Assembly: GCA_918797485.1 (NCBI GenBank)
Contig: CAKKNE010000002.1
Span: 2,480,001 to 2,544,000, forward strand
Length of the DNA: 64,000 nucleotides
Direction: 5' to 3'
Origin: Pelagomonas calceolata
Taxonomy: Eukaryota
The position numbers and the translations under genes were made by a program. Of this stretch, positions 31,801 through 44,600 are shown in pieces. How positions within the stretch are numbered: position 1 is the first letter of the stretch; every line of letters begins with the position of its first letter. The notes under the pieces were generated by a model. The model made no database searches. It was not told the DNA's origin and saw only the letters and a list, made by a program, of their open reading frames with translations.

Positions 31801-31823
31801 TTGTTGACTTGTTTACAAACACA

Positions 31824-32948
31824 CTATTCTTCCTTGTTGGAGTCCTCGTCCGGCGGCTTGGCGAGGATCGTGATGTTGAACGGCCCCGTGCCCACGGTCG
31901 CGGAGATGACCTGGCGCACGGTCGCGTCGTAGTCGTCGGTGAACTTTTTGGTGAGCTGCCCCGTGCCCGGCACGAGCGACGCCTCCTTGCCGAGGGCCGC
32001 TAATACCACACTAGCGAATATGGCAGTAGCAAAGGCGCCTCTGACATACGGATCGGCGCCGGCGTAACCAGCTAATGTCAGGGGCACGCCGATGGCCGAC
32101 GCCAGGTCCAGCACAATAGCATGCCTCGCGCTGAAGCGTTGGAGTCGCGGTGCGGCGGCATTGGAGCAGATGTTCGACAGTAAAATGAAGACTAGTAAAC
32201 CACCAAATGGAAAGCCGTGATAAGCTACTGATAATTGTTCCAAGGGAGCCAACACACCTTGTTGGATGTTCTCTTGCGTCGGTGGGGGTAGGATGTCCAG
32301 TAAAGGCAAAAGGTAGGCCGAAGCTGATAACGCTCGCGTCGCCGCGTCGGTCTTATTGGCGGCAGCCTCAAATTCACCTAACCTTTCGGCCCTAGTAGCG
32401 TTCTCCTCCTTGAGCTTGTTCTCCTCGCGATCCAGCGACTGCTGCTCTTTTCTATCCGCGCGCCACTGCTCTTCTAGTCTAGCTCGTAAATCAGCCAGAG
32501 GCACAAATTCTTCAGGTTGCAGCACGCCGTCCTTGTTCACGTCGAGCGCGTTTACAAGTTGCTCGACGTACTTCTTCTCAGATGCTAGTAAGCGCTCGAC
32601 CTTCGACGCGTCCCGTTTGTTCTCGTTGTCCGTGACGAAGACCTGTTCTAGCGTCGCTTTGAGCTCGTCGACCGTGACGACGCCGTCTCCATTCACATCG
32701 GCCTTGGCGAAGGCCTGCTCCATGGCCTTCTGCATCTTCGCTTCCTGTTCGCTGCGCATCGCCTGTTCCAGGGCCTTGGCCTCGTCGCGCAAAGCCGCGG
32801 CCTGGGCGAGGAGGGCCTCGGGGTCGTCGGCGGCGCGCAGCGGCGTCAGCAGCTTGCGCGGCGACGTCGTTTGCGGGCGCACGCCAGCGAAGCGCGGCGC
32901 CGGGACCACGAAGGCCGTGGCACATGCTGTGAGCAATACAAGCTTCAT
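31824..32948 (-). CDS. Plastid-targeted EF-hand + Tic20-like protein
   Basis: Leader ATA-FVVP; EF loops DVNGDGVVTVDE and DVNKDGVLQPEE; Tic20-like RALSASAYLLPLLD...RFSARHAIVLD. Confidence 0.7.
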   Translation of the reverse strand: MKLVLLTACATAFVVPAPRFAGVRPQTTSPRKLLTPLRAADDPEALLAQAAALRDEAKALEQAMRSEQEAKMQKAMEQAFAKADVNGDGVVTVDELKATLEQVFVTDNENKRDASKVERLLASEKKYVEQLVNALDVNKDGVLQPEEFVPLADLRARLEEQWRADRKEQQSLDREENKLKEENATRAERLGEFEAAANKTDAATRALSASAYLLPLLDILPPPTQENIQQGVLAPLEQLSVAYHGFPFGGLLVFILLSNICSNAAAPRLQRFSARHAIVLDLASAIGVPLTLAGYAGADPYVRGAFATAIFASVVLAALGKEASLVPGTGQLTKKFTDDYDATVRQVISATVGTGPFNITILAKPPDEDSNKEE

Positions 32949-33172
32949 GCTGTGTTATCTCGTCGCGTGGTGCGTAGTTGTTGGTCCTGCTGCAGGGACA
33001 GGTGGCAGGCGTACTGATGCGACGTATCACGCAGCGGTGTTGAATACTGTTGCGTGGTTTCCTGATTTCTGAGCCCTTATCTTGAGGCTGACTCCCCAAA
33101 CTTGATCCTTGTCCCCCGGGTTTTTGGTCGAATAACTGGAAGGACTCCTCTTACCCAAGCCCCTCGAGTAAT

Positions 33173-34714
33173 CTAGTCCCGGTCCTCGCTCTTCGACGCG
33201 GCGGCGCGCGGGTCCGCCGGCGGCTTCGGCTTCAGCGTTAATGCCTTCGCGACGAACGTGTCGTACTTGAGCATCTCGTGCGTGAAGAACGTGTCGTGCG
33301 ACGCGTTCTTCGGCGGCTCGTCGACGCGTATCAAGTCGCCGTCCACATAAAAGTGCAAATCGGGGGCCGTTTGAGGGGTGGACAGCTCTGCACCGACTTT
33401 ACGATAATCAGCTTGGCGCATCTTGGCCTTGGCTCCCACTAGTCTTGCACGGAACGCGGCAACATCTTCGTCGTGGAATCCTGCCAGTTTCTCAATACCA
33501 ATTGAGGAGTACAATTTCAAGTACGACCGCAACTCCGCCACCCTAGCGTGAAACGCGACTTCGCCATTAAATAATCTGAGTTGTTGATGGAAGGCGTCCT
33601 TGGAAGCGTTCAAAGGTTGATTATAATCGGGTATCGACGGCACGATGTGCTTGGGGGAGGCATACGCGAGCATGGCCTCGAAAGTAGGTTGATCATTTCT
33701 CTCGAGCATCCGATACTTGTCCCCGTACTTGTCCCTTATACCATACATGACGCCGTCGTCGACCACATGACCCGGCGCCAGCGCCAGACAACACGCGTAG
33801 AGAGCGAGCATGCGATCGTAGGACTTCTGGACCTGGTTCTCATCAGGAAACGCCTTGAAGCCGCCGTGTTTGGCCGCTCTCGCGAGCTGCGCTAGGACCG
33901 GATCAAACGTTCTGAGAGCGTCCCTATATCTCCGGAGCATCATGAGGGCGTAGCCCAGGTGGTACAACATATTTAGCCGACACCCGAAGATCCTCGAGAC
34001 TTCACTGGCTTCGTCGAAGACGTCGATGCCGTCCAACGCTTGGACACTCGCTTCGTAGTCTCCCAGTAAACACTCCGCTCTCGACAAGCAGACAGAAGCA
34101 AACGTCGCGTAGTAGAAGTGTAAGGGAGATCTAGCCTGTGCTTTAGCCGCCATGCCCCCCGTAGGAGCACAGCCCCTTAACCTAGCGAGATATCTGAGCA
34201 CGGTCGGCGCGGCCCAGGCGTCGCCCGCGGCCTCGAGCTTCATGCGTTCCTCCGAATTCCGTCCCGCGTTCTGGCAGCGGAACTGGCAAAACGACTGGAA
34301 CTGGTACACAAATTCGTGCAAGACGTCAAACACCCACTGCGCCGTCAGTTCGAGCGACGCGTCCTCGCTCGCTAAGACAAACTCGAATAATTCGCAGTAG
34401 TTGTTCCACGCGTTTAATTTGTCGTCCAAGCTCGTCTTGAGCTTCGCGAACATGTGTCTATACACGAGCTCCTTGTACACACATAGGAAGTAGGCGTCGG
34501 GCTGGCCGTCATTCCCGATACATTGAGAAGAAACGGCGGGCGCCGAGGGCCAGGGCGCCTTGTCGCAGTACTTGTCGCTCAGGTCCTTGAATTCGAGGTT
34601 GTAGAGCCGCTTGAGGTCCTCCGCGATGTGCGAGCGTCTCGACGCGTCGTGCAAATCAAACACAAAGTCCTTGATCTGCTGGTTCACGAGGTAGTCCTCG
34701 GGCGTGGCCTCCAT
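33173..34714 (-). CDS. EIF3L: Translation initiation factor eIF3 subunit L
   Basis: YKELVYRH, AWNNYCELF, WVFDVLHEFVYQFQSFCQFR, CLLGDY, GYALMMLRRY, RSYLKLYSSI. Confidence 0.93.
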   Translation of the reverse strand: MEATPEDYLVNQQIKDFVFDLHDASRRSHIAEDLKRLYNLEFKDLSDKYCDKAPWPSAPAVSSQCIGNDGQPDAYFLCVYKELVYRHMFAKLKTSLDDKLNAWNNYCELFEFVLASEDASLELTAQWVFDVLHEFVYQFQSFCQFRCQNAGRNSEERMKLEAAGDAWAAPTVLRYLARLRGCAPTGGMAAKAQARSPLHFYYATFASVCLSRAECLLGDYEASVQALDGIDVFDEASEVSRIFGCRLNMLYHLGYALMMLRRYRDALRTFDPVLAQLARAAKHGGFKAFPDENQVQKSYDRMLALYACCLALAPGHVVDDGVMYGIRDKYGDKYRMLERNDQPTFEAMLAYASPKHIVPSIPDYNQPLNASKDAFHQQLRLFNGEVAFHARVAELRSYLKLYSSIGIEKLAGFHDEDVAAFRARLVGAKAKMRQADYRKVGAELSTPQTAPDLHFYVDGDLIRVDEPPKNASHDTFFTHEMLKYDTFVAKALTLKPKPPADPRAAASKSEDRD

Positions 34715-35209
34715 TTTGCTGGTGTTAGCTGGGTAGCTCAGCGATGCGAGTGTTGCGTCGGCGACGGCGGATTTGCAGCACCGGTCAACCGCGCAGCACT
34801 TGTAAGTGTCCTGTGCAGTGGCGAGCTCGCAATGGAGCACTATGGGCGCGCAGCGAGGACAAAGCCAAAATCGCCGTAGGCTTTATCTACTGTGCAAGGC
34901 ACTAGAAAAAATTTTTCGGCATCCAAGACTCGTCTACGTTCGCTCATCTACGTGTTCAGACCCTTACCGAGACGACTAGTGGCGCTAGCACGCACCTGAC
35001 TTTGAGCAGAGATCTGTGCAGCCACAGGTGCGCGCCCACGCCCGCCGCACGAAGCGGGCTGCCCTAAAACCAGACAACGCGTATCTCTGTCGTAGCTTGG
35101 AACTGCTGCGGTACTGCCTGCGGAGCACGACACGCTGACGAGGACAACACTGCTTGGTCTGCCTGTGGAGCTACATTCGGTTGCGACATCGATCGAACCG
35201 CACCGCAAC

Positions 35210-35905
35210 ATGGTCCAGAACTACTTCGCCACGCACCTCGCGCCGGTCTGGCAGGCTTTGAGGGATGAGACGCAGACCGCTTTATTAGCTGGTTTAGCCG
35301 GAGGCATCGCAATATTGGTCATCCTCACCTTGTTCCCCGGCGACCCCTTCGACTACGGCGCCGGCGACGACGGGAACGCCGAGGGACTCAAAAAATACCG
35401 CGCCGCCTACGAAAGAGCGCGGCAACGGGGAGAGAAGCCGCCGCCGATGCCGACACCTACCGAGTTGAAAAAGCCGGAAGCGAAGAAAGAGAAGGATCCG
35501 CCGCTCGTCATCGACGAGGAGCGCCTCGCCGAGAAGGCGCGGCAGGCCGAAAAACTTTTTGGCATCAAGGCCGAGCAGTATAAACAAGCGGTCGTCGAGG
35601 CGACGGCCGAGGCGAACGCCGGCGTCCATGTTGATGATAGGGATATGGATCTGGGCGGCGGCGGCTCGATGCTTTCCTTGGTACCGTTTCTGTTGTGCGC
35701 CGGCGTTTTAATATCGTACGTGCGCTCGGCGAGTTCACCGGCGGGACCGCCGCCGTCCTTCGCCGCGTTCCTGGCGCGGGCCTTCCCGCGCGAGGCGCGC
35801 GTCTTCGGCTGGGTCGCCGAGTCTGTCCCGGCGCCGCGGCTCGCGCCGACGCTGGTCCCGTCCGTCTCTCCTGATATCGCGTCGGCGGCCGGCGGGGAGT
35901 TGTAG
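35210..35905 (+). CDS. Hypothetical two-TM membrane protein
   Basis: Two hydrophobic helices flanking a charged loop; coding-like GC3. Confidence 0.6.
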   Translation: MVQNYFATHLAPVWQALRDETQTALLAGLAGGIAILVILTLFPGDPFDYGAGDDGNAEGLKKYRAAYERARQRGEKPPPMPTPTELKKPEAKKEKDPPLVIDEERLAEKARQAEKLFGIKAEQYKQAVVEATAEANAGVHVDDRDMDLGGGGSMLSLVPFLLCAGVLISYVRSASSPAGPPPSFAAFLARAFPREARVFGWVAESVPAPRLAPTLVPSVSPDIASAAGGEL

Positions 35906-36222
35906 TAGTTGCGTTTCATCATACTGTCTGCTAGGACTCGCCTTAGCGGAGGCGATTTTTTGAACCCGAACCCGGCCTGGCCAGAGCTGCAGCGCGCGCG
36001 GCCCGCACGCGCTGTTGGTGGCTCTACCGCTGCCCGTGCGTGGTGGCGGCCGGCTCTCACGCACTCCCGTCGATTGCTCGCGACGCGTGGTGGCCGGTGC
36101 CCGGCGCCAGCACCACTTGGGCAGCCTACAGTACTGATAGCAGCACTGGAGCAGCACTGGACTGCTGAGCCGCCTTGCCGCGAGCCGCGCCGCCTCGATA
36201 ATACCCGCACCACCCCGTAAGC

Positions 36223-36735
36223 ATGGGCCTGGCAGACGTGATTGATGACGATCCGGCCAAGCTGCAGGCATTGCTCGAAAAGTTTGTGTACATCGATAAG
36301 GACGGAGATGGAGCCATCTCGTTAGAAGAGTTGCAGGAGGTGTACCAGATGTTCGACCCGAATTACGACGCCGACGCGGTGGCGACGGAGTTCGTCCAGA
36401 TGGATTCCGACGACGACGGCTCGATCACGATCGCCGAGTTTCTGAAGGCGCAGGGCATCGACACTTCGAACGTCGCAGAAGCGGACTTGGAAAGGGCGCG
36501 CTCTGAGGAGGTCAAGGCGGAGGAGGAGGCGCTGCGCCAGGGCGTCGCGGCCGTGGAGATCGTGCCCGACGGGTCGGAAGCCCAGGCCTGCGTGGCCGCC
36601 GTCGAGGGTAGCTACGCGACCGTCGAGGCTGCCGGCGCCGTCGCCGTCGCCGCGGAGTGCGTCGTCGCGGACGGTGACTTCGCTTCTGGTGATGCCGTCG
36701 CGGCCGTGGCCGTCGCCGCGGAGCCGGTAGGCTAG
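36223..36735 (+). CDS. EF-hand calcium-binding protein
   Basis: DKDGDGAISLEE and DSDDDGSITIAE loops. Confidence 0.85.
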   Translation: MGLADVIDDDPAKLQALLEKFVYIDKDGDGAISLEELQEVYQMFDPNYDADAVATEFVQMDSDDDGSITIAEFLKAQGIDTSNVAEADLERARSEEVKAEEEALRQGVAAVEIVPDGSEAQACVAAVEGSYATVEAAGAVAVAAECVVADGDFASGDAVAAVAVAAEPVG

Positions 36736-36786
36736 ACGTGCGATAAAAAGTACAGATTAGGACAGGGCTCCACACTAACTAGTCGG

Positions 36787-38217
36787 TCAGGCCGCGTACT
36801 GCGCCGCGTACTCGTCCGCGGCGGCGACGAAGGGGTCGTAGGTCCCGTTGGGGTCGCAGGCCTCGAGGGCCCAGCCCGCGCCGGGGACGTCGATGTCTGG
36901 CAGGGGGGGCGGCGTGAACGCGCGCCGCACGGCCGTCTCCTGCCAACGTTCGTTGGGAGCCGGCGTCGGCGGCGTGGCCGGCGGTAAATGCTTGATGGTG
37001 GGCGGGGGCGGCGGGACGGCCCGGAGCTCGCGCTTGGGCCGGATGCGGAGCTCGCGCGTCGAGTGGGCGAACTGGCACTTGCCCTCGGCCTCGAAGGGGC
37101 AGTGCCCCGCCAGGAAGTACTTGCAGATCTTCGTGAAGCGCCTTCTCGCGATCTCGTCATAATGTCGCGCCAGGCCGAACGTCGTCGCGTCGGCCGCGGG
37201 CGGTGTCAGGCGTCGTTGGGGCGTCCGTGGCGGCGGCCACGCCTGGGGCGCCGTGTCGTACTCGAGGAGGTCGGACGCCTCGGCCGCCGTCGGCGTGACG
37301 GCCGGGAGGGACGTCGAGCCGACGACCGCCGCGCGGCGGCACCGCAGCTCGTCGCGCGAGTGGGCATACTGGCAGCGGCCCTCGTCGCGGTAGGGACACG
37401 ACTCGCCGTAGCGGCACATCTTCGTCTTGTACAGCTTCGCCGACAGGCGGCTGTCCGGGGCGAGGTTCGGCGGGCCCTGCCGTAACTCGTCCAGAGAATG
37501 GGCGAATTGGCAGCGCCCGGCGGCCGCGAAGGGGCACTCGGCGAGCGTGTAGCGGCACGGCCGCGTCTTGTACGTGGCCGTCGTCGTCGCGGGCGACGGG
37601 CGGAGCTCGGCCTGGCCGTGGGCGAACTTACATAGAGCGCCGTGCGGGCACTCGCCCAGCGGGTAGACGCAGAGGCGCGTCTTGTACGTCGGGTCCTGAG
37701 GCCCCCCCGCGTACGCGTAGGACAGCTCGTCGGCGCGGGGGCTCGGCGGGGGCGGGCTCGGCGACGGGCTGCCCGCGCCGTAGTAGCCCGTCGGCCTCCA
37801 GCCGAGCCGCTCCGCCATATCCCGCGGCTCGTCCTCGAAGCCCGTCGGCTCGTAGCCCGTCGGCTCGTACCGCGGGCTCTCCTTGCGCTCGTACGGGTAC
37901 GCGTAGGCCGGCGCGTCGGCGCGGGGGCGCGGGCTCGGCGGTGCTTCCGTGTATGCCGCGTCGACGCCGGGGCTCGGCGGCGGGCTCTCGTTCAGGACGG
38001 CGGCGGCGACGCTCGAGGGGACGACGTGGCTGGCCTCCTCGTCGGCGGCGCCGGCCGGCGGGAAGAAGCGCGGTACTGATGGAGACGCCTTGCGCGCCGG
38101 GCGCGCGTCGAGGGAGCCCTTGGGGGACGTGTCCTGCAGACTGCGCCGCGCCTTGGGGTAGACTTCGGCCGCGCTGGCGGAGAGCCGGCGCTTGGGGGTG
38201 GCCGCGCTGGGCTCCAT
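36787..38217 (-). CDS. Multi-CCCH zinc-finger RNA-binding protein (TTP-like, four fingers)
   Basis: YKTRLC..C..CKFAH, YKTRPC, YKTKMC, FTKIC; likely start MEPSAA at 38217. Confidence 0.88.
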   Translation of the reverse strand: MEPSAATPKRRLSASAAEVYPKARRSLQDTSPKGSLDARPARKASPSVPRFFPPAGAADEEASHVVPSSVAAAVLNESPPPSPGVDAAYTEAPPSPRPRADAPAYAYPYERKESPRYEPTGYEPTGFEDEPRDMAERLGWRPTGYYGAGSPSPSPPPPSPRADELSYAYAGGPQDPTYKTRLCVYPLGECPHGALCKFAHGQAELRPSPATTTATYKTRPCRYTLAECPFAAAGRCQFAHSLDELRQGPPNLAPDSRLSAKLYKTKMCRYGESCPYRDEGRCQYAHSRDELRCRRAAVVGSTSLPAVTPTAAEASDLLEYDTAPQAWPPPRTPQRRLTPPAADATTFGLARHYDEIARRRFTKICKYFLAGHCPFEAEGKCQFAHSTRELRIRPKRELRAVPPPPPTIKHLPPATPPTPAPNERWQETAVRRAFTPPPLPDIDVPGAGWALEACDPNGTYDPFVAAADEYAAQYAA

Positions 38218-38614
38218 TGGGTTCGTGGGCGTGCCTCGCGTGCTCGGGGGCTGCGGATTTCGGATAGCGGCCTCGTTCGGTGGCACACAAATGAGAGGGG
38301 CCAAGGCACATGAAATTGGCGGGCACCCGCGCGCGTGAATTGCAGCAGGAGGCCTCCCTGGCCATTGTACTCCGTATATATCGCTGCGACGGCCACCGCA
38401 CGGATGCTCGACGGGAGCCGAAGAAACCCGTACGCTTAGCTATAATTTGTGGCGCAGCGAAGCGAGTTTGTGCGCACAGCGGTGCAGCACACCTGGGCTC
38501 GATTGCATTTCTTGAAAGGAATTACTTTACAAAGCAGCGATCGCCTGCGAGCGCTGCGGCAAGGCGAGAGGCACGCTGCAAAAGCCACCCCAGCCAAGCA
38601 GAGCAGCAAAAGCG

Positions 38615-41600
38615 ATGGCTGCAGACCTCACCGCTGCGATAAAGCGCTGCAAGCTCTCGCCCGAGGCTGGCGCTGCGGAGCTGCGAAAAGCGCTCGAGGA
38701 GACCCACGAGCTCGCAAGCGCCGCCGACGCCGCGGCCGCGGCGGCCGCGTCGCTCAAATCCGGCAGCGCGACGGCGCGCGGCCACGCGCTCGCCGCGTGC
38801 ATCCTGCTCGCGGGATTAGTGGAAGACGCCAACGACGCGGCGGACGCCGTTGCCGCCGTGCTCGAGACGGCGACGGACTGGGCCGCGCGCGGCGCGCTCG
38901 CCGGCGGCCTCATGGCCCTCGCGGCGAACGCCGGCGCCGGCGCCGGATTTGTAAGGGCAACAAAAGCGACGGCCGCCGCGGCGACGAAGGCGAGCGGCGG
39001 CGGCGACGACGCGGCGGCCGCGGCCGCGCGCGCTGCCTGCTGGGCCGCGTGCGCGGTCTGCGGCGCGAGTCTGCGGGAGCCCGTCGCCGACGTGACGAAG
39101 GCCCTATCACAGGACCTGAAAACCGCGGCGGCGCCCGCCTCCCGAAGCCGGGCGCCCGCGGCGCTCCGCGCGGCGGCCTCGCTGCTCCACGAGGGGCCTG
39201 GCGACGAGCCCCTCGAGGCGAACGCTTCACCAACGGAAACGGAGAAGTCGCCCTGGGTCGCGTCGTTGCGCGAGGCGCTGCCCGCGCTCGAGGCTCTGGC
39301 GCCCAAGGCGCCTCCCAAAAAACCGAAGGCCGCGGGCCCCGCCTACGCGGCAGCCCAGAACGTCCTGGCTCTACTATCTGCCACGCCCAAGGCGCGGGCC
39401 AAAACCCTAGGTGTGGCCGCGACGGACGGTGGCGCCGTTTTATGGGGAGGCGCCGACGCTTCCTCAAAGTGGGCCGCCGCGTCTGTACTGAGACGCGCTT
39501 TTGACGGAGAGGCCGTGGCGTCCTTCTCGAGTGTGTCGCCCCACTGCTGGCGGGGCCTCGCGCGCGCGGCGACGACGCGCGAGGCGTACGTGCGCGTCGC
39601 CGCGCGGCGGGCGCTGCGCGCGGGAATTGGGAAGTGGCCCAAGGCCGTGGCGTCGTCGCACGCCGAGGAGCTGTGGGGGCTGGCCCGGATTTGTGAGAGG
39701 GGCGACGGCCCGAAGCCCATCGATGAGGAGGGCAATCCCGAGGCCGCGAGGCCCGACCTGCGGCGGGCCGTCGCGGATCTGCTGCGGGAGACGCGGCCCC
39801 TCGAGGCGTTTTCCCCCGTCTTGACGGCGAACCTCGCGCTGCTGTGTCACCACGCCGCCGTGGCGTCGCCCAAGGTCTCGGCGAGGCTCTGGCGGCGCGT
39901 CTCTGGCAAGTGCGCGCTCAACGACGCCGGCCGCGACATCCTCAAGGACGCGCTCCTCGCGGTCGATGATGAACCTACAGCTGTCACGAACGAACGCCGC
40001 GCCGCCGCCGCCCGAGCCTTCGCCGCCCTGAATGCGGACGCGTGGCCCCTGGTCGCGGACGCGCTGCGCGAGGCGACCGCCAATGCACCGTCCGCGGACG
40101 CGCGCAAGGCCTGGGCGGGTGCCGTATCAAGCGAAGCCGACGCGCCGTCGCTCTTCGAAGGTACGAGTACCGCCAAGCCCAAGGCGGCTGTCAAAAGCGC
40201 GAAGCGCGGCAAGCTCTACGGCTCCGACGACGCCGCCTGGGAGTCCGAGGTGCGCAAGGACCTCGCGAAGAAGAAGACTGGGACCGTGGACAACGCCGTA
40301 TCAAAACGCGTCGCCGAAGTGAGCCAAGAGGTCGCCTCGTACCGAGCGACGGCGACGGCCGCCGTCGACGCGTTTGTAGCGCTATCAAACGCGGGCGCGT
40401 TTTCATCGGGAACGCGCGACGCGTTGGACGCGCTCGCGGCGCTCGACGCGGCGGTGCCGGATCTGAACGCATCGACGGGCTTCGCTGCGATCGGCAATTC
40501 GTCGGTGCTCGGCGCGGCGCTCGCGCTCGCGCACGGTCACAGCGTCGACGCCGTGCTGACCTCGAACGACTCCATCCAGAGACGGGTTGTAGAGAGAGGC
40601 CTCGTCGTGCTGGGCGAACGGGAAGCAGCGCCGGAGTGCCTCGCGTTAGCTTGTGCCGCGCTCGAGGCGGCGCCGGCGTGCTTCTCCGGAAACTTGCCGA
40701 ACTACGAGCCGCCTCTACGAAGCGCTATTGTGGCTGCGGCGCGCGCCCTGCAGCGGTGCGTGGGCGCGCCGCATCTGGTAAGAGCCGATTGCGTTTCGGC
40801 GACGCTCGCGCTCACGCGCGCCGCTGCCCTGGACGATCAGCTCCGGTTGGCGCTCGACAAGGCTAATATAGAGGTGGACGCGACCGCCGCCGCGCTCTGC
40901 TCTACAAAATGCGACGCCGCGACCACGTCTATCTTGTGCGGCGCCGGCCCCCGCGCCGCCGGCCTGCTCTCGGCTGCCCCGGCGGAGCGCCGCGCGGCGC
41001 GCGGTGCTTTGAGCGAGGCCCTCGCGCATAATTCGCCGCTCTCGGACGCGTCCGAGGCCGCCGCGGCCGTCTCCTCATATTTTGAAGACGACGCCGCCGA
41101 GACGCCGCTCCCTACCAAACCTGCGGCGGACGCCCTCGTGGCGCTCGCGTTAGATGATGCCGACGACGACGACGCGTATGCAAACGCGCGGGCCGCCGCG
41201 CGGCGCGCGTGCGCCGCCGTCGACGGCGACGTCTGGTCGGCGTGCCGCGCCGCGTTCGACGCGGCCGCGGCGCCGCCCGAGGAAGCGTCGTCGTCGAACG
41301 TCTTCGCGGCGCCGGGCGACGACTCTCTCGAGCGCTCCGCCGAGGCCAAGGCCCAGGAGCGTTCTTCTAAAGCGAGACGGCGGCGCCGCGCCGCGCAGCT
41401 GCTGGCGGCGCTCTGCGCGGCGGGAAAGGCACCCGGCGACGCGTTTCCCTGGGTCGTGTCCAAGCTCGACGACCCCGACGACGGCGTGCGGTCGTCCGTC
41501 GTCCAGCTGGGCGTCGCGTGCGTCGACGCGGATGGCGACGACGGCCTCGCCGTCAAGATCAAGGCGTGCGAGGACGCGCTCGCGAAGGCCACGTCCTGCG

Positions 41601-44600
41601 AGGCCGTCACGCTCCTAGGCGCGGCGGCGTCGCACCTCGCGCCCGACGATGTGAGAGTCGCGGACGTCGCCGACCGGCTGGTGGACGTCTTGGTCGCGAC
41701 GACGAAGGCCGACGAGCCCCCTCCTCCACCAAAGGAAGTGAAGAAGAAGCCGCGCGCCGTCGCGGCGAAGACGGGCATCGCCGCCATCGGCATGGCGCCC
41801 CAGAAGAAGAACCCCTTCGCGAAGCGAGGTTCAGGGCCGGCCAAGCCTAGGTTAGGTGCCGCCGACATTGGTGGTTTGAGGAAAACGCGCGCCGAGCGCG
41901 AAGGGAGCGTGCCCGAGAAAAAACAAAGGACCTTTGATATCAAGCCCGTGGCCGACTGCCTCGGCAAGCTCGCCAAGACCATGAAGAAGACGCACGCCGA
42001 ACGCGCGGGCAGCTTAGTAGAAAGGCTGCGGGAGACGAGCTTTAGTGATAGGGACCCGGCGACGCGGCGGAAGGCGTCAACGGGTCTGGCGGCGGTGGTC
42101 AAGGGGCTGGGCATCGGCGCGCTGAAGAAGCAGGAAGTTGTGGAACGTATTAGAGATGCTTTAGATGCGCGAGCGGCGGGCGGCGACTTGAATGCGGCGC
42201 ACGGCGCCCTGTCCTGCATCGAGGCGCTGGCGAAGACGTTGGGGGTGCTCTTCGAGCCCTACGAGATCAAGTTGCTCGCGCCGCTGTTGAATTGCTTTGC
42301 TGATTCAAGTGACGTGGTCCGGAACGCCGCGAAGAACGCCGCTCGCGAGGTCTTTGGGGGTCTCTCGGCCCACGGCGTCAAACTCGCACTACCGGACGTG
42401 CTCAAGCAAGCCGCCGGCGAGGAGACGACATCGTGGCGGGCGCGAGTCGCCGCGATCGAGATGCTCGGCGCTACCGCGAGTTGTGCCCCGAAGCAACTCG
42501 GCGCGGTGCTGCCGAAGGCCGTGCCCGCTCTGGCCGACGCTTTGGCGGACACGCACGATGGGGTAAGAGAGGCGGCGCGGAAAGCGCTGGAAGAGGTCTT
42601 CTCCGTGGCGTCGAACCCGGAAGTCCGGGCCGCTCGCAAAGAGTTACTTGCCGCTTTATGTGATCCCGCGCACTGCACGTTGCAAGCGTTGGAGGCCCTC
42701 GAACAGCGAGAATTCGCACGAGCGCCCGACGCGCCGGCCTTGGCGTTGTTGGCGCCCATCCTCGCGCGGGGGCTGCGAGATCGCGCCGCGCTCACGAAAC
42801 GACGGGCGGCACTGGTCTGCGGCAACCTGGCCGCGTTGTGCGCGGGGACGGCCCAGGAGCAGGCCCTCGCGCCGCACCTCCCGCTATTCCAGCCGCTGCT
42901 CGAGACGAACGCCGTGGGCGACGCGCACCCCGACGTGCGCCTGGCCGCGGCGACCGCGCTCGCGCAAGTCGTCGACGCGCTGGGCGTGGACCGCGTGCCG
43001 TTCATCATCCAACGCTTGACGAGGGCGGCGCTGTCGCGGACGGAACCCGACGAGTGCGGCGACATCATCGCGAAGAAAGGGGACGAGGTGCTGGCCGCGG
43101 GGGCGTCGGAAAGATCGGGCGCGGCCCAGGCCTTGTCGCTGGTCTGCGTCGAGAGCGGGACCGTGTCGGCTCTCATGCGGGATGATTTAGTGCCTTTATC
43201 TCGACATCAAACGCCGGCGGCACGCGAGGGCGCGTTGTGGTGTTTGAGATTCCTCGCGCGGGACGACGCGGACTTTGGGGACCACGTGCAGGACGCGTTG
43301 AAGGCCGTGCTGGACGGGTTGGCCGACGACGCCGACGCGATTCGGGACGTGGCCTTGTTGGCGGGCAAACAACTGGTACGAGCGCACGGCGACGCGCAGC
43401 TCCACGTGCTACTACCGTCGCTCGAAGGCCAGCTGCTCGGACCGAGATGGCGCCTCCGCGAGGCCGCTGCCCGTTTATTGGGAGAGTTACTCTGCCTTAT
43501 TGGCGACGCCAGGCAAGTGGGCGTCGCCGAATTCGACGACGCCGACGCGGCTTTGGGTGATGAAGAAACGGCGAACAAGCTGCGGAAGCGCATCGGCGGC
43601 GCGGCCTGGCGCAACACTATTTCATCGCTGTATATTGCTCGTTTAGATGCGGTACAAGGCGTCCGGCAGGCGGCCGTCGAGGTCTGGAAGACGGTCGTGC
43701 CGAACACGCCGCGGATGTTGAGGGAGGTCCTGGAGACGTTGGTGCGGCGTCTCGTAGCGATGCTGACGCCCGTGTCTTCATCACAAGACGACGCCGAGCG
43801 CTTGCAGGGCGTGCAGCAGCCCGAGTACAACACGAGCGACGACGAGGACGGCGACGAGCTCGAGGCCGACGACATTAATGTGGAACGGCAGCGCGTCGCG
43901 TCGCGGGCGCTGGGAGACGTCGTCCTCAAGATCGGCGACCGCGTCATCCCCGAGCTCATGCCCTTGCTGCAGGAGGCGTTCGATAATGGAGACGAGGCGA
44001 CGCGCGTCGGGGTTTGTTTGGGGTTGGCGGAGGTCTGCGGTGCTACTCCTCAAAGGCAAGCCAATGAGAAATTGGACCTGCTGGCGCCGCCCGTCGTTGA
44101 GGCGCTCTGCGGCCCCAACGCCTCGCCTAGGATAACCGCGCACGCGGCCATGGCATTCCACGCGCTGCACGGCCAAGCCGGCCCCCGAGCTGTTGAAGAA
44201 GTGGTCCCCGAAGTGCTAAGGCGACTCGACGACGATTCTGACGACCGGGGCGCCACACGCGCGCGGGGCGCTCTGCGCGAAATTTGTCGGAGGCGCGCGC
44301 GCGAGCTGCTGACGGGCGTGATTCCGCAGCTCCTGAAACGGCCCATGTCTGAGCGTCGCGCAGACGCGCTCGGGGCCGTCGCGGACGTCGCAGCCTCGGC
44401 TTTAAGGCCCTTTGTGGCGACGGTCGTCCGGGCCGCGCTCGCGGAGCTCGGCGCGGAGACGGAACACGCAGAGGCCGTCGCCGCCGGCGCGGCGGCCGTC
44501 GCGGCGGCGGTGGCCGCGGGTGGCGACGCCAGTGCGGCCGTCGGGCCCCTCGCGTCGCCCTTCGCTGACAACGCGAAAGCCCCGTTGCGACGAGACGCGT

